64,000 nucleotides of DNA from Bacillota bacterium (GCA_023440965.1 JAEZRC010000002.1:70302-134301); one strand, 5' to 3'; counted from the stretch's first letter, positions 1 to 10,449 are shown. Made by a program: numbers and translations. The notes: generated by a model from the sequence alone, not told the origin.

Positions 1-62
1 CCCACACCAAGAGTTATAATAAGGAAAAAAATTAAAGGCTTCCACTTAATCTTTGAAATAAT
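1..62 (-). CDS. possible 5-prime end of a membrane/secreted protein gene running off the window (non-ATG start?)
   Basis: AAGGAGG at 68-74 (minus strand) is followed 5 nt later by ATT ATT TCA. The frame is open to the window edge and reads (I)ISKIKWKPLIFFLIITLGVG, which is TM/signal-like. No ATG/GTG/TTG is available in frame. Confidence 0.25.
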   Translation of the reverse strand, partial: MISKIKWKPLIFFLIITLGV

Positions 63-130
63 AAATTCCTCCTTCGTTTATGTTAATAAATATATATGTT
101 GTATTTATGAATTTTAATACAGGTTATACA

Positions 131-1009
131 CTATTTTACGATTTCGTATGAACAATTATCAGTATTTCCATAAAAAATAAGATTGTCCCCGTTATAGAAC
201 CAAAAATTTGCTTTTGTATTAGCACACTCATAAATAATTTTGGACATATTTCCTTGCTTCGGTGCCAGAAGCTTCTGCCCAGCATTTGCGTTGAATTTAA
301 CAACAAGCTTATATTTGCGTTGCTTGAGAATAATACAGTAATTGTTGCAGAAATCAACCTTTGCTCCAAGATATGTCGCAAACCTGTATTCTTGATTATT
401 GTAATTAATAACACACAGGCTACCTTTAAAGCTTGTCTTCAATATAGGAACATCAGCTACCGCAAGCATAATACTTGCCTTGATATTGTTAAAGCTGTTG
501 CATTGAAGCCATGTGTAGTTTTTTGGGAAGGAATGGCCCATATCCGATTCAATGTAACCTGAGCCATTGTTAAAATTGATTGTTTCAGAATTTAACCGTA
601 AATTGCCGAAAACAATATGATTCATACTTACTATTTCATGTCTGCATTCCATTTTCGGAATAAGATTGAAAGGTCCCATCAAAGGATATTTTATAGGTGT
701 TAAATTTGAATACAATAGCTTTCCTTTTAGCTGAAATTTCCCAGTGTTTATATCAACATAAATTCCCTTGTCGGTGAAATAACTTGTCCCTACTTTTATG
801 ATAAGCTTCTTTTTAAAAAATCTGAATGTGTTAAGTGGGTAATTGAAGTTATAGGAATTATCATTTGTCAGAACCTGAATAAATGCTGAACCTGATCCAC
901 TTACACCGATATTTCTGCCAACAATAAAAGTAATATTATCCTGTCCGTTATAATGCTTAAAATACCATCCTTCAAAAAAAGGCAGGTTCTTTTTAAAACT
1001 GTTTTTCAT
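131..1009 (-). CDS. tocopherol-cyclase-like family protein
   Basis: 292-aa ORF. The N-terminal FFEGWYFK motif is characteristic of tocopherol-cyclase-like proteins. GGAGG lies 5 nt upstream of the ATG. Confidence 0.5.
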   Translation of the reverse strand: MKNSFKKNLPFFEGWYFKHYNGQDNITFIVGRNIGVSGSGSAFIQVLTNDNSYNFNYPLNTFRFFKKKLIIKVGTSYFTDKGIYVDINTGKFQLKGKLLYSNLTPIKYPLMGPFNLIPKMECRHEIVSMNHIVFGNLRLNSETINFNNGSGYIESDMGHSFPKNYTWLQCNSFNNIKASIMLAVADVPILKTSFKGSLCVINYNNQEYRFATYLGAKVDFCNNYCIILKQRKYKLVVKFNANAGQKLLAPKQGNMSKIIYECANTKANFWFYNGDNLIFYGNTDNCSYEIVK

Positions 1010-1136
1010 ATTTTCCTCCGATTTATAAGCTTATAATAATTTTGTCATAAATTTCTTAGTTTAAACAATCTTCATAAAGAGTAATTAAGTTAATGGAGGA
1101 TAAAATAAAAAATAAAAAAAGAAATCAGGAGTAAAA

Positions 1137-2132
1137 ATGTTTCCAGAGAAAATTTATTACGAACCAACAACGCTTGATTATAGTCTTGGCAAAAAGCTCA
1201 AAGAAAAATACAAAGATATTAAGTGGATTGAAATAGAAAATCATAATAATATTCCTGAAATGCGTCAGAAGGAAAATAGGGAGTTTGCCGTTATGAAAAG
1301 AAGTGTCATTCTTGGAATAAGAAAGACACATAAGTATGTTGCAAATTTTAAAAGTTCTGACTTTTTAGTTCCATGGACATCTTCAGGATGTAGTGCAATG
1401 TGCTTGTATTGCTATCTTGTATGTAATTACAATAAATGTGCATATTTGCGCCTTTTTGCCAACAGAGAGCAGATGCTTGACAAATTAACAGCTTTTTCAA
1501 GAAAAAGTGCAACACCACTAACTTTTGAAATAGGGAGCAACAGCGACCTTATCCTTGAAAATACTATTACTGATAATCTGCCATGGGTTATAGAAGAATT
1601 TGCACGACAGGGAAGAGGAAAGCTAACCTTCCCGACAAAATTTGAAATGGTGGATTCTCTGCTTGGACTTAACCATAAGGGTAAAACTATATTCAGAATG
1701 AGCGTGAATCCTGAAGAAATTATCGGAAAAATTGAGCTTGGTACCTCACACCTTAACAACAGGATTGAGGCAATGAATAAAATGGCTGAGGCTGATTATC
1801 CTGTGGGATTACTTATTGCCCCGGTAATAATGATTGATGATTGGAAGGAAAAGTACAAGGAACTCCTTGATACGCTTGAGGCAAAGCTTTCTGATAAAGT
1901 AAAAGAAAAAATGTTTATTGAAGTTATTTTTATGACTTATAGTTATATTCATAGGGCTATTAATAATGAAGCCTTTCCACACGCACCTGAACTTTATTCA
2001 AAAGAATATATGATAGGTCGTGGAAGAGGCAAGTATTGGTACCGTCAGAATATTAGAGATGATGGTGAGGAATTCCTGAGAGCAGAAATAACAAAGCACT
2101 TTCCGAATAATGAAATCATATACTTCTGTTGA
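1137..2132 (+). CDS. splB: spore photoproduct lyase (radical SAM)
   Basis: 331 aa. CxxxCxxC (CLYCYLVC region). End-to-end resemblance to B. subtilis SplB (YYEP...LDY N-terminus, GTS...RIEA, ...IIYF C-terminus). AGGAG Shine-Dalgarno (SD) sequence. Confidence 0.9.
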   Translation: MFPEKIYYEPTTLDYSLGKKLKEKYKDIKWIEIENHNNIPEMRQKENREFAVMKRSVILGIRKTHKYVANFKSSDFLVPWTSSGCSAMCLYCYLVCNYNKCAYLRLFANREQMLDKLTAFSRKSATPLTFEIGSNSDLILENTITDNLPWVIEEFARQGRGKLTFPTKFEMVDSLLGLNHKGKTIFRMSVNPEEIIGKIELGTSHLNNRIEAMNKMAEADYPVGLLIAPVIMIDDWKEKYKELLDTLEAKLSDKVKEKMFIEVIFMTYSYIHRAINNEAFPHAPELYSKEYMIGRGRGKYWYRQNIRDDGEEFLRAEITKHFPNNEIIYFC

Positions 2133-2194
2133 TGATTTCATTGTTTTTTGTCATAATATATGTTAAAATAGTATTATTATGACAATGGAGGTAT

Positions 2195-2980
2195 ATGGTG
2201 TTTAAATATACGTTTTTACAGTGGATAATGTTTTTCTATATATATTGCTTAATTGGCTGGGCATTGGAATCAACAGTAGTATCAATATCAGAAAAAAAAT
2301 TTGTTAACCGTGGCTTTTTAAGAATACCATTCCTTCCACTTTACGGCTTTGGTGCATTGACGATTCTGTTCTCAACTCTTCCTGTAAAATCTGACCCGGT
2401 TTTAGTGTATATATGCGGTGCATTGAGTTGTACACTTCTTGAGTATATAACAGGCATAATCATGGAAAGTATGTTTAAGGTAAAATACTGGGATTATTCA
2501 GATGCAGAGTTTAATTTGAACGGTAAGATATGTGTAATGTCCTCGTTATTCTGGGGGTTTTTATCATTGCTTCTTACATATAAGCTTCATGAATTAACAG
2601 AAAAGTTAGTTCTGAATTTTTCACATGCCGCAACCTTAGTCATTGTAATAGCAATATCAGTTATATTCGCTTCTGACGTGGTATATTCAGTCAAGACAGC
2701 ATTTGATGTTAAAAAGGTTCTTGCTAAGCTTACTGAAATTAAGAATGAAATTGAAAAGCTTATTTCCCAGAGTGTCGAGAAGTCCGAAAGAGCACAGGCC
2801 ATCAAGGATAATATCCAAAGCCTTAATGCAGAAAGACAAAAGATGTTTTTAAAAATATCCTTCTATCCTCGTCAGCTTCTGAAAGCACATCCTCATGCAA
2901 CATCATCACGATTTAGTGAAGCTTTGAGGGATGTTAAGGAATCAATAGTCAACAGACGCAAAAATAAAACTAAAGTATAA
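2195..2980 (+). CDS. multi-pass membrane protein (DUF1113 / 'putative ABC-transporter type IV'-like) with C-terminal coiled-coil tail
   Basis: 261 aa. Several hydrophobic helices (CLIGWALES motif region), then a charged helical tail. GGAGG upstream. Confidence 0.5.
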   Translation: MVFKYTFLQWIMFFYIYCLIGWALESTVVSISEKKFVNRGFLRIPFLPLYGFGALTILFSTLPVKSDPVLVYICGALSCTLLEYITGIIMESMFKVKYWDYSDAEFNLNGKICVMSSLFWGFLSLLLTYKLHELTEKLVLNFSHAATLVIVIAISVIFASDVVYSVKTAFDVKKVLAKLTEIKNEIEKLISQSVEKSERAQAIKDNIQSLNAERQKMFLKISFYPRQLLKAHPHATSSRFSEALRDVKESIVNRRKNKTKV

Positions 2981-2984
2981 AAAT

Positions 2985-3013
2985 AGAGCCTTGAATTTTA
3001 AATTCAAGGCTCT
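2985..3013. terminator. bidirectional intrinsic terminator
   Basis: Perfect 13-bp stem AGAGCCTTGAATT/AATTCAAGGCTCT with a 3-nt loop, between convergent genes. Confidence 0.8.
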
Positions 3014-3024
3014 TAATTATTTAA

Positions 3025-3672
3025 TTAGTCAGCGGATTGCATTGTGCTGAGAATTGTATGATAATCGTGGCTTACCATTGCTATACCATATGGGTTAAGA
3101 GTTGTACTGTCAATGTCAAGGGTAACCTTATAGTAAACAGTTTTAACCACACCATCAATTTCTATATCATAATTAAAGTAATTAACTTCAATGTATCTGT
3201 CCTTTGATTCTCCGATATATGTTGCAGTTATAAAGTCGTTTTCATCAAATGATTCGTATGTCATCTGTGAGAAATCAAACCATACTTTTAGCTTTTCAGT
3301 TTCACTATCTGAATCAAATTCATTTAATGCATATTCAAAATATATTTTTGCATTATTACAGCATACATCATCACTTTCTACTGGTATACCACCACATGAA
3401 TAATAGAATACTGTGCTTATATCTTTCATACCGCAGTTGCTGTCTGAATTCCAGAATGATGTTGAATCAGCAGTATTATATGTAAATTTCTTGCCACCTA
3501 AAAGAGTAATGGTTTGTATTTCGTCAGAGATTGGTGGTAATTCACCATCATACTTGATTACTTTTCCATCATCACTTTTTACATCTTTAACGAATTTACC
3601 TACTGCTGTGTTGTCAAATGAATCAGATATCTGATTACCAATTGCTTTCATTGCTTTTGAAAATAGTCCCAT
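3025..3672 (-). CDS. hypothetical protein (acidic, Cys-containing, no signal peptide)
   Basis: 215-aa ORF with AAGGTGG SD. No motif recognised. N-terminus MGLFSKAMKAIG. Confidence 0.5.
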   Translation of the reverse strand: MGLFSKAMKAIGNQISDSFDNTAVGKFVKDVKSDDGKVIKYDGELPPISDEIQTITLLGGKKFTYNTADSTSFWNSDSNCGMKDISTVFYYSCGGIPVESDDVCCNNAKIYFEYALNEFDSDSETEKLKVWFDFSQMTYESFDENDFITATYIGESKDRYIEVNYFNYDIEIDGVVKTVYYKVTLDIDSTTLNPYGIAMVSHDYHTILSTMQSAD

Positions 3673-3742
3673 AATACAACCACCTTTATATAATATTTGT
3701 TATATAACGTATCATACTACAATTAGCAGCTAATGTCAACAA

Positions 3743-3781
3743 AAATATCCTGTTTTTGCGAAAAATATTAACAGGATATTT
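3743..3781 (-). terminator. intrinsic terminator of htpG
   Basis: 11-bp stem AAATATCCTGT/ACAGGATATTT followed by a T-rich run on the minus strand. Confidence 0.7.
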
Positions 3782-3797
3782 TTATTTAGTTATAAAA

Positions 3798-5681
3798 TTA
3801 GTCAACCATAAGCTCACATATCATATTCGAGAATTTTACAGGGTCTTCAACAGGTATTCCTTCTATCATAAGCGCCTGTGTATAGAGGAGTTCTGAATAT
3901 ATATTCAGTTTTTCCTTATCTTCAGTATTAAGCTTTTGAAGTTTTGCAAATACAGGGTGGTTTGCATTTATTTCAAGTACCTTTTCTGCCTTTACCTTTT
4001 CGTTGTTAGGCATTGCATTAAGCACCTTTTCCATTTCAATGGTGATATCTCCGCCGTTTGCAAGGCATACAGGATGTGACTTTAGTCTCTGTGATAATCT
4101 TACTTCAATAACCTTATCACCAAGAGCCTCTTTCATTGCTGTGAAGAGGTCTTTGTTTTCCTCAGCCTGCTTTTTAGCATCCTGCTTTTCTTCTTCTGTT
4201 TCAAGATTAAGGTCATCACTTGATGCTGATTTGAATTCTTTCTCTTTATAATTCATTAGCATCTTTACAGCAAATTCATCAACATAATCTGTGAGGTATA
4301 ATACTTCAAAGCCTTTTTCTTTTAGAGCTTCGATCTGTGGTAGTCTTTCAATTCTTGAAATACTGCTTCCTGTTGCATAATAGATGAACTTTTGGTCTTC
4401 CTTCATTCTTGAGATATACTCTTCAAGAGTTGACATCTTTTCAGCAAACGATGTATGGAACATCAACAAGTCTTCGAGGAGATCCCTATTCTGTCCATAA
4501 GAACTGTAAATGCCGAATTTGAGCTGTAATCCGAAGTTCTTAAAGAACTCTTCATACTTATCTCTGTCTTCTTGAAGCATTTTAGCAAGATTATTTTTAA
4601 TAGTCTTTTCAAGGTTTTTAGAAATAACCTTAAGCTGTCTGTCGTGCTGTAACATCTCCCTTGAAATGTTAAGTGACAAGTCCTCACTGTCAACAAGACC
4701 TTTTACAAATGAGAAATAATCAGCGAGCAGATCAGCGCATTTATCCATAATAAGAACGCCATTTGAATAGAGCTGGAGTCCTTTTTCATATTCCTTTGAA
4801 TAATAATTATATGGAGCTTTTGAAGGAATAAACAGTAAAGCATTATAGCTTGCTATACCTTCTGCCTTAACGTGCATATATTTCACAGGGTTCTCATAAT
4901 CGTGGAATTTTTCCATATAGAACTTATTGTACTCTTCATCATTAAGTTCATTTTTGTTCTTTCTCCAGATAGGAACCATACTGTTCAAGGTTTTGGTTTC
5001 AATAACAGTTTCATATTCTGTTTCGCTGCCCTCTTTAAGCTTTGAGGTTTCAACATCCATCTTGATAGGGAAGCGAATATAGTCAGAATACTTTTTGATA
5101 AGCTGTTGTAATCTATACTGCTCAAGGTAATCATCATACTTTTCATTTTCTGTATTGTCCATAAGATACAAAACAATTTCAGTACCGCAGGTTTCTTTTT
5201 CAGACTCAACTATTGAATAGCCGTCAACACCCTCAGCAGTCCAGGTACAAGCGGTATCACTGCCGAAAGCCTTTGATGTTACAACAACCTTTTTAGCAAC
5301 CATGAAAGATGAGTAGAATCCAACACCGAATTGGCCGATAATACTTACATCATCACTAAGCTCATTGTCATTTTTAAAAGATAGTGAGCCACTCTTTGCG
5401 ATTGTTCCAAGATTATTTTCAAGCTCTTCCTTAGTCATTCCGATACCGTTGTCGGAAATTGTAAGTGTTCGGTTTTCTTTGTCAGCTTTTATAGTGATTG
5501 CAAAATCGTCTTTAGTCATTCCGATACTTGTATCCTGAAGTGAACGGAAATACAGCTTGTCAATAGCGTCGCTTGCGTTGGAGATAAGTTCACGGAGGAA
5601 GATTTCCTTATGCGTATAAATTGAATGAATCATCATATCAAGCAAACGTTTTGACTCTGCTTTAAATTGTTTTTTTGCCAT
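3798..5681 (-). CDS. htpG: molecular chaperone HtpG (Hsp90)
   Basis: Hsp90 N-terminal ATPase motifs ([28 protein letters not shown]). Start taken at MAKKQF, with AAGGAG 8 nt upstream. The longer ORF start is a GTG inside the SD spacing. Confidence 0.95.
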   Translation of the reverse strand: MAKKQFKAESKRLLDMMIHSIYTHKEIFLRELISNASDAIDKLYFRSLQDTSIGMTKDDFAITIKADKENRTLTISDNGIGMTKEELENNLGTIAKSGSLSFKNDNELSDDVSIIGQFGVGFYSSFMVAKKVVVTSKAFGSDTACTWTAEGVDGYSIVESEKETCGTEIVLYLMDNTENEKYDDYLEQYRLQQLIKKYSDYIRFPIKMDVETSKLKEGSETEYETVIETKTLNSMVPIWRKNKNELNDEEYNKFYMEKFHDYENPVKYMHVKAEGIASYNALLFIPSKAPYNYYSKEYEKGLQLYSNGVLIMDKCADLLADYFSFVKGLVDSEDLSLNISREMLQHDRQLKVISKNLEKTIKNNLAKMLQEDRDKYEEFFKNFGLQLKFGIYSSYGQNRDLLEDLLMFHTSFAEKMSTLEEYISRMKEDQKFIYYATGSSISRIERLPQIEALKEKGFEVLYLTDYVDEFAVKMLMNYKEKEFKSASSDDLNLETEEEKQDAKKQAEENKDLFTAMKEALGDKVIEVRLSQRLKSHPVCLANGGDITIEMEKVLNAMPNNEKVKAEKVLEINANHPVFAKLQKLNTEDKEKLNIYSELLYTQALMIEGIPVEDPVKFSNMICELMVD

Positions 5682-5707
5682 AAAAAACACTCCTTGTACT
5701 TATGCAT

Positions 5708-5734
5708 TTAGCACTCTGTATATAAGAGTGCTAA
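5708..5734. promoter_or_regulatory. CIRCE element (HrcA operator)
   Basis: TTAGCACTC-tgtatataa-GAGTGCTAA is an exact match to consensus TTAGCACTC-N9-GAGTGCTAA. It sits between the htpG promoter and the SD. Confidence 0.9.
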
Positions 5735-5738
5735 ACAT

Positions 5739-5767
5739 AGTATAGTACAAAGAGAATTAAAAATCAA
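5739..5767 (-). promoter_or_regulatory. sigma-A type promoter of htpG
   Basis: Minus strand TTGATT-N17-TATACT, ending 4 nt upstream of the CIRCE element. Confidence 0.7.
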
Positions 5768-5811
5768 GCCATTCATAAAAAATATTTTATTTATTTACTT
5801 TTAATCTAAAA

Positions 5812-6561
5812 TTATGATTCCGTAATAATTTTCTCAAACTTTTTTTCTGATAGGATTTCATTACATACAAATTCACCGTTGTGAAAAAGTGAGTATGATG
5901 TGAAAGGTGCTGGTGCGTTCTTCGCCTGTTCACAGGAAGTTATGTGGACAATCTTGAAAGGGATACCTTTTTCATCAGCAATATTTTTAATAAGCGGAAC
6001 ATATTTTGCAGTGAATGGGCATTGGTCCGCATAATAAAGAATAAAGCCCTGTTCATCTATATGAGGCTTTTTAACCTGTGACATAAAGCAAGGTGCAGCA
6101 GCATTTTCTGTAAAAGGGAGATAATAAAGCACATAAAAAGGCTCTGCTGTGTCAGCAAGCTTAAAGCCTTTGTATTTTAGGAATTTCGGGTCAGAAAGGA
6201 ACGGCATCTTTTTCTTTGCTGAAAGAATAACAAGACCTTTCTTGCCTTTCTCTTTGCTGTCTTTTATACATTCGTCAAGTAATAGAGTTGAATTGCCCTG
6301 ACCTTTATATTGCCCAGAAACCCAAAGGCAGTTAATATACATATATCCGTCAGCTTTCACAGGAGTCCACGCTTTTTCTGCGGGGATATATTCAATAAAG
6401 CATTTTCCCCTGACATTACCTTTTTTAAATACAAGTCCGTCATTAAATCTTTCTCTGAGCCAGTTTTTCTTTGAAATTACCTGGCAGTCATTATTGTTGG
6501 ATATAGCACAGCATATATGCTCGGTTTCAAGGTTGTCTTTTGTTAAAGTAATTATGTCCAT
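5812..6561 (-). CDS. GNAT N-acetyltransferase with YoaP-like C-terminal domain
   Basis: 249 aa. Acetyl-CoA-binding-type segment (QYKGQGNSTLLL) and a C-terminal Cys-containing YoaP-like region (YYADQCPF). Sits 13 nt downstream of the VanY gene, so probably the same operon. Confidence 0.6.
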   Translation of the reverse strand: MDIITLTKDNLETEHICCAISNNNDCQVISKKNWLRERFNDGLVFKKGNVRGKCFIEYIPAEKAWTPVKADGYMYINCLWVSGQYKGQGNSTLLLDECIKDSKEKGKKGLVILSAKKKMPFLSDPKFLKYKGFKLADTAEPFYVLYYLPFTENAAAPCFMSQVKKPHIDEQGFILYYADQCPFTAKYVPLIKNIADEKGIPFKIVHITSCEQAKNAPAPFTSYSLFHNGEFVCNEILSEKKFEKIITES

Positions 6562-6574
6562 TATACTCTTCCTT

Positions 6575-7546
6575 TTACTTTTTATTCTGAGAGGGCTGAA
6601 CTGTTACAATAAATCCGTCTACGTTATTGCCTGAGATAACATAGCTTTCACATTCTTTTGGGGCAGGAATTTTTGTTTTGTCTTTTGTTGCAGGAACATA
6701 ATAAACCTCATATTCAATATCGTCAAAGTTCTTGATTTTGAGGTGTTCCTTTGTGAAGGTGTATTTCTTTATTAAATCAATGTATTCTTCAAAACAGAGA
6801 TTGTTCTGTTTCATATAATATGCGTGAGGCTGTCCGACATAGCGGTAATGCCAAGGCTCGTTATCAATCTTAGTGACGTCCTTTTTATCCTCTGTATATC
6901 GCTGAATGAAGCCATATTTATATGAATTATCATTAAGCCATTTGCAGTTATTCTTGAAAGTGTTATCATATGAAAAATCAAGTGCATATCCTGTATGATG
7001 CTCACTATGACCAGGTAGTGCAACAAGCGTTGATACTGTTGCGTTGTTCTTTTTTAGATCGGCGTTGTAAAGCGTTTGCTGATATTCCTTTGTACGTAAA
7101 CCGCTTGTAACAATAAGATTTTTAACTTTGGTGGCAGCAGCAAAATCCGTTATCATATTATTAAAATCATTAATTACTAAAGTGGAGAGATTAACTGTAT
7201 TGTCCTTTACTGAAAAGTTTTTTGAAGTCAGGCCTTGCCTGTAATTAACAAGATTAGTCAGATTATCAGTTGTTGGAATAGGTGCTGTATAAGCATGATC
7301 GCTGTTTACAAGAATAAGATTTCCCTGATTAATAAGTGTTGAGTCAGTCTCAAGATATTCATAATTGGCGTTAGTTGTATTATCTGATTTTGAAGAAGCA
7401 GAAGAAGATGAATTTGGTTTCTTGTCCTTATCTTTATTGAAAATATTACCGATTATCAAGGCAAAAACCCATATCAGAATTATTAATAAGAATATACATA
7501 AGAAAATTCTTTTCCAAAGAAATTTATTATTTTTCTTCTTTCTCAT
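6575..7546 (-). CDS. D-alanyl-D-alanine carboxypeptidase, VanY/M15B family, membrane anchored
   Basis: N-terminal TM helix. SGLRT...GHSEHHTGYALD...WHYRYVG zinc-peptidase motifs of the VanY family. GGGAGGA SD. Confidence 0.85.
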   Translation of the reverse strand: MRKKKNNKFLWKRIFLCIFLLIILIWVFALIIGNIFNKDKDKKPNSSSSASSKSDNTTNANYEYLETDSTLINQGNLILVNSDHAYTAPIPTTDNLTNLVNYRQGLTSKNFSVKDNTVNLSTLVINDFNNMITDFAAATKVKNLIVTSGLRTKEYQQTLYNADLKKNNATVSTLVALPGHSEHHTGYALDFSYDNTFKNNCKWLNDNSYKYGFIQRYTEDKKDVTKIDNEPWHYRYVGQPHAYYMKQNNLCFEEYIDLIKKYTFTKEHLKIKNFDDIEYEVYYVPATKDKTKIPAPKECESYVISGNNVDGFIVTVQPSQNKK

Positions 7547-7640
7547 AGTTATCCTCCCTGAAAAATATATACAATAATTATATCACATATCAAAAAATAA
7601 AGAAATATGTAAAAGTAATGTATTTATAATATTGATTTTA

Positions 7641-7669
7641 TTGACAATTACTTGTGTTAAGGTTATTAT
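7641..7669 (+). promoter_or_regulatory. sigma-A type promoter of the aldo/keto reductase gene
   Basis: TTGACA-N17-TATTAT. Confidence 0.65.
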
Positions 7670-7698
7670 TGTTTCAGTAATAAAAGGAGGATAATCTA

Positions 7699-8694
7699 AT
7701 GTATATACCTGATAGTGAAAGATACAACAAAATGAAATATAACCGTTGCGGAAAATCGGGCTTGAAGCTTTCTGCTGTTTCACTTGGAATGTGGCAGAAT
7801 TTTGGCGATAGAGATAATCTTGAAAATATGGAGAAAATGGTTCATACTGCATTTGACCTTGGCATAACTCATTTTGACCTTGCAAACAATTATGGACCAA
7901 ATCCTGGTGCAGCAGAATCAAACTTCGGAAGAATTCTTGACAAGTCGATGAGAGCTTATCGTGATCAGCTTGTTATCTCAACAAAAGCGGGTTATGATAT
8001 GTGGGAAGGACCATATGGGGATAAAAACGGCTCACGCAAGTACCTCACAGCAAGTTTAGATCAGAGCCTTAAGAGAATGGGACTTGAATATGTTGATATT
8101 TTCTATCATCATGTTTTTGACCCGCAAACCCCACTTGAAGAAACTGTACTTGCACTTGATAATGCAGTTAAACAGGGCAAGGCATTGTATGTCGGTATTT
8201 CAAATTATGGTACCGAGCAGACAAGAGAAGCAATAAAGCTTTTCAGAGAGCTTAAAACTCCATTTATAATCAATCAGCCGTCATATTCAATTCTAAACCG
8301 CTGGATTGAAAGAGAGCATCTTATTGACCTTGCTGGTGAGGAAGGCTTTGGGCTTATAATTTATAGTCCACTTTTTCAGGGACTCCTTACCGACAAATAT
8401 CTCAAGGGTATTCCTGCTGATTCAAGAGTCGGAAAAGGCAACGGTCAATGGCTCAAGGGTGATGTAACACCTAAAAACATTGCAAAAGTTGTTAAGCTTA
8501 ACGAAATTGCACAGGCAAGAGGACAAAGTCTTGCACAGATGGCATTGTCGTGGGTTCTGAAAGATAGCAGAATAACATCGGTTCTTATCGGTGCAAGCAG
8601 ACCAGAGCAGATTGTTGAAAATATACAGGCAATTAATAAAACAGAATTTACAGCAGAAGAAATAAGACTAATAGATGAAATTGCAGGCGAATAA
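7699..8694 (+). CDS. aldo/keto reductase (YghZ / L-glyceraldehyde-3-phosphate reductase-like)
   Basis: 331 aa. The YNRCGKSGLKLSAVSLGMWQNFG N-terminus and an AKR fold throughout. AAGGAGG SD. Confidence 0.85.
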   Translation: MYIPDSERYNKMKYNRCGKSGLKLSAVSLGMWQNFGDRDNLENMEKMVHTAFDLGITHFDLANNYGPNPGAAESNFGRILDKSMRAYRDQLVISTKAGYDMWEGPYGDKNGSRKYLTASLDQSLKRMGLEYVDIFYHHVFDPQTPLEETVLALDNAVKQGKALYVGISNYGTEQTREAIKLFRELKTPFIINQPSYSILNRWIEREHLIDLAGEEGFGLIIYSPLFQGLLTDKYLKGIPADSRVGKGNGQWLKGDVTPKNIAKVVKLNEIAQARGQSLAQMALSWVLKDSRITSVLIGASRPEQIVENIQAINKTEFTAEEIRLIDEIAGE

Positions 8695-8698
8695 AAAA

Positions 8699-8724
8699 AG
8701 AGGCTTCGGCCTCTCTTTATTTTG
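8699..8724 (+). terminator. intrinsic terminator
   Basis: AGAGGC-ttcg-GCCTCT hairpin followed by CTTTATTTT. Confidence 0.75.
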
Positions 8725-8799
8725 TGAAAACATTGCAAATATATCAAATATATGTTAAAATATCTCAGGTAAAATTAATGACAATTGGGGGTATATCAT

Positions 8800-9348
8800 A
8801 TGAAAAAGATTATGTTATTTGCAATAGTTTCTGCACTGTCATTCTGCTTACTTGTTGGTTGTGGGCAAGAAAAAAAAGAACCTGATTCACAAGATGTCAG
8901 TAAAGTTGAAACGAGCCAAACTGTAACTTTGGATATAAAAAAGGATTATGATTCTTATTCTGATGATGAATCTTTTTCAGTTTTAAAAGTTAATGTTATT
9001 GCTCAATGTCCTAAAGGGAAGAATCTTAAAGATTATGTTAGAATGGGTATGACAACAAACAAAAATGCAAGATCAGTACTTGGACGGATAGGAAGTCCAA
9101 TTGATATTCATATAATAAGTGAAATTAAAGATGCAAGATTAGTTTTTGAATATGATCCATCCAATATTAAGGGAGCAGAATTGAAAGATCTGATTATTAT
9201 TAGAGTGAAGGAAAATAACTCCCAAGAGTATATTGATAATGTTGTTATTAATATAAAAAATAATACAGTAACCACTTCCTATACAGGAAAAGGAGCTTAT
9301 CTTCTTGCTGATAAAACTGTTAGTCAGCAAATGTGGGATGCTAAATAG
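8800..9348 (+). CDS. lipoprotein, function unknown
   Basis: Signal peptide with lipobox LLVGC. Start taken at MKKIML after a GGGGG SD. Confidence 0.6.
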   Translation: MKKIMLFAIVSALSFCLLVGCGQEKKEPDSQDVSKVETSQTVTLDIKKDYDSYSDDESFSVLKVNVIAQCPKGKNLKDYVRMGMTTNKNARSVLGRIGSPIDIHIISEIKDARLVFEYDPSNIKGAELKDLIIIRVKENNSQEYIDNVVINIKNNTVTTSYTGKGAYLLADKTVSQQMWDAK

Positions 9349-9356
9349 TAATATAC

Positions 9357-9386
9357 AGGCTGTCTGAAAAGGCAGCCTTTTTTATT
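9357..9386 (+). terminator. intrinsic terminator
   Basis: AGGCTGTC-tgaaaa-GGCAGCCT hairpin followed by TTTTTTATTTT. Confidence 0.8.
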
Positions 9387-9468
9387 TTAATATTTTTCTA
9401 AAATAAGTAGTATATTTTAACTTCGTTTTTGCCAAACTATACTTGTAATTCTAAAAAGGGGTGAGGAT

Positions 9469-10437
9469 ATGAAAAAACGAGATAAATTTCTACTTGTTTT
9501 TGCAGTATTGTTTGGATTTGGCTGTCTAATTGCACCAAGGTTATTTGTTGCAAGACTTCCAAAGGTAAACGTGACACATTTAAAACAGATTGAGTACTTA
9601 AACTATGTGAGTGCATCAGGTGTGATAGAACAAAGGAATAAGCAGCAGATAAAGTCACAGTTTCCGCTAATAGTTTCTGAAGTTCTTGTAGATACAGGGG
9701 AGAAGGTAAAGAAAGGGCAGCCAGTAATCAAGGTCGACAGGGATCAGACTGCACAGAAAATTTTAGAAACTGCAAGCTTTGCAACAATGGCTGATAACTC
9801 AACAGAAAATATAATGACTTCATATAAAGATATTTATGAGAAGGTTCCAGCACAGGTCACATCAAGCTTTGACGGCGTAATAGAATCGGTTTCTGTAACA
9901 ACAGGCGATTTTGTTGCACAGGATTCTACAATAGCGTCTATGGTTAGTGGAGAGGATCTTATCGTAAATATCCAGGTACCAGAAAACAAGATTTCTAAGG
10001 TAGCACTTGGCCAGAATGCTAATATTTCAGGCGAGGGCTTTGAAGACGGCAAGTATAAGGGAGTTGTTTCTGCTATAAGTCCGTCAGCACGAAAAGCAAT
10101 TGTCGGAAATAGTCAGGAGACTGTAATTGATGTACTTGTAAAAATAAATAATCCTGATGAAAAGATCAAGTGTGGTTTTTCTGCTAAGGCAGACATTATT
10201 ATTGATAAGCCAAGTAAAGTTTTAGTAGTGCCTTATGAATCCTTACTTCAGGATATTGACGGAAGAGAATATGTCTATGTTGTGGAAAATGGTGTGACTG
10301 TAAAAAAATATATAACAACCAATAAAGAACTCAGTGACGGTATTGAAGTAAAATCAGGTCTTACTCCAAATGATAATATAATAAAAAACGTTGAAAAAAT
10401 TAAGAAAAGTGGTATGCTAGTTAAGATTGCAGATTAG
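9469..10437 (+). CDS. HlyD/MacA-type periplasmic adaptor (membrane fusion) protein
   Basis: 322 aa. N-terminal TM helix. Lipoyl-like and beta-barrel segments typical of efflux adaptors (V..GQ.V.KVD, G.V..ISP). Confidence 0.8.
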   Translation: MKKRDKFLLVFAVLFGFGCLIAPRLFVARLPKVNVTHLKQIEYLNYVSASGVIEQRNKQQIKSQFPLIVSEVLVDTGEKVKKGQPVIKVDRDQTAQKILETASFATMADNSTENIMTSYKDIYEKVPAQVTSSFDGVIESVSVTTGDFVAQDSTIASMVSGEDLIVNIQVPENKISKVALGQNANISGEGFEDGKYKGVVSAISPSARKAIVGNSQETVIDVLVKINNPDEKIKCGFSAKADIIIDKPSKVLVVPYESLLQDIDGREYVYVVENGVTVKKYITTNKELSDGIEVKSGLTPNDNIIKNVEKIKKSGMLVKIAD

Positions 10438-10449
10438 GGTGGAATATAA

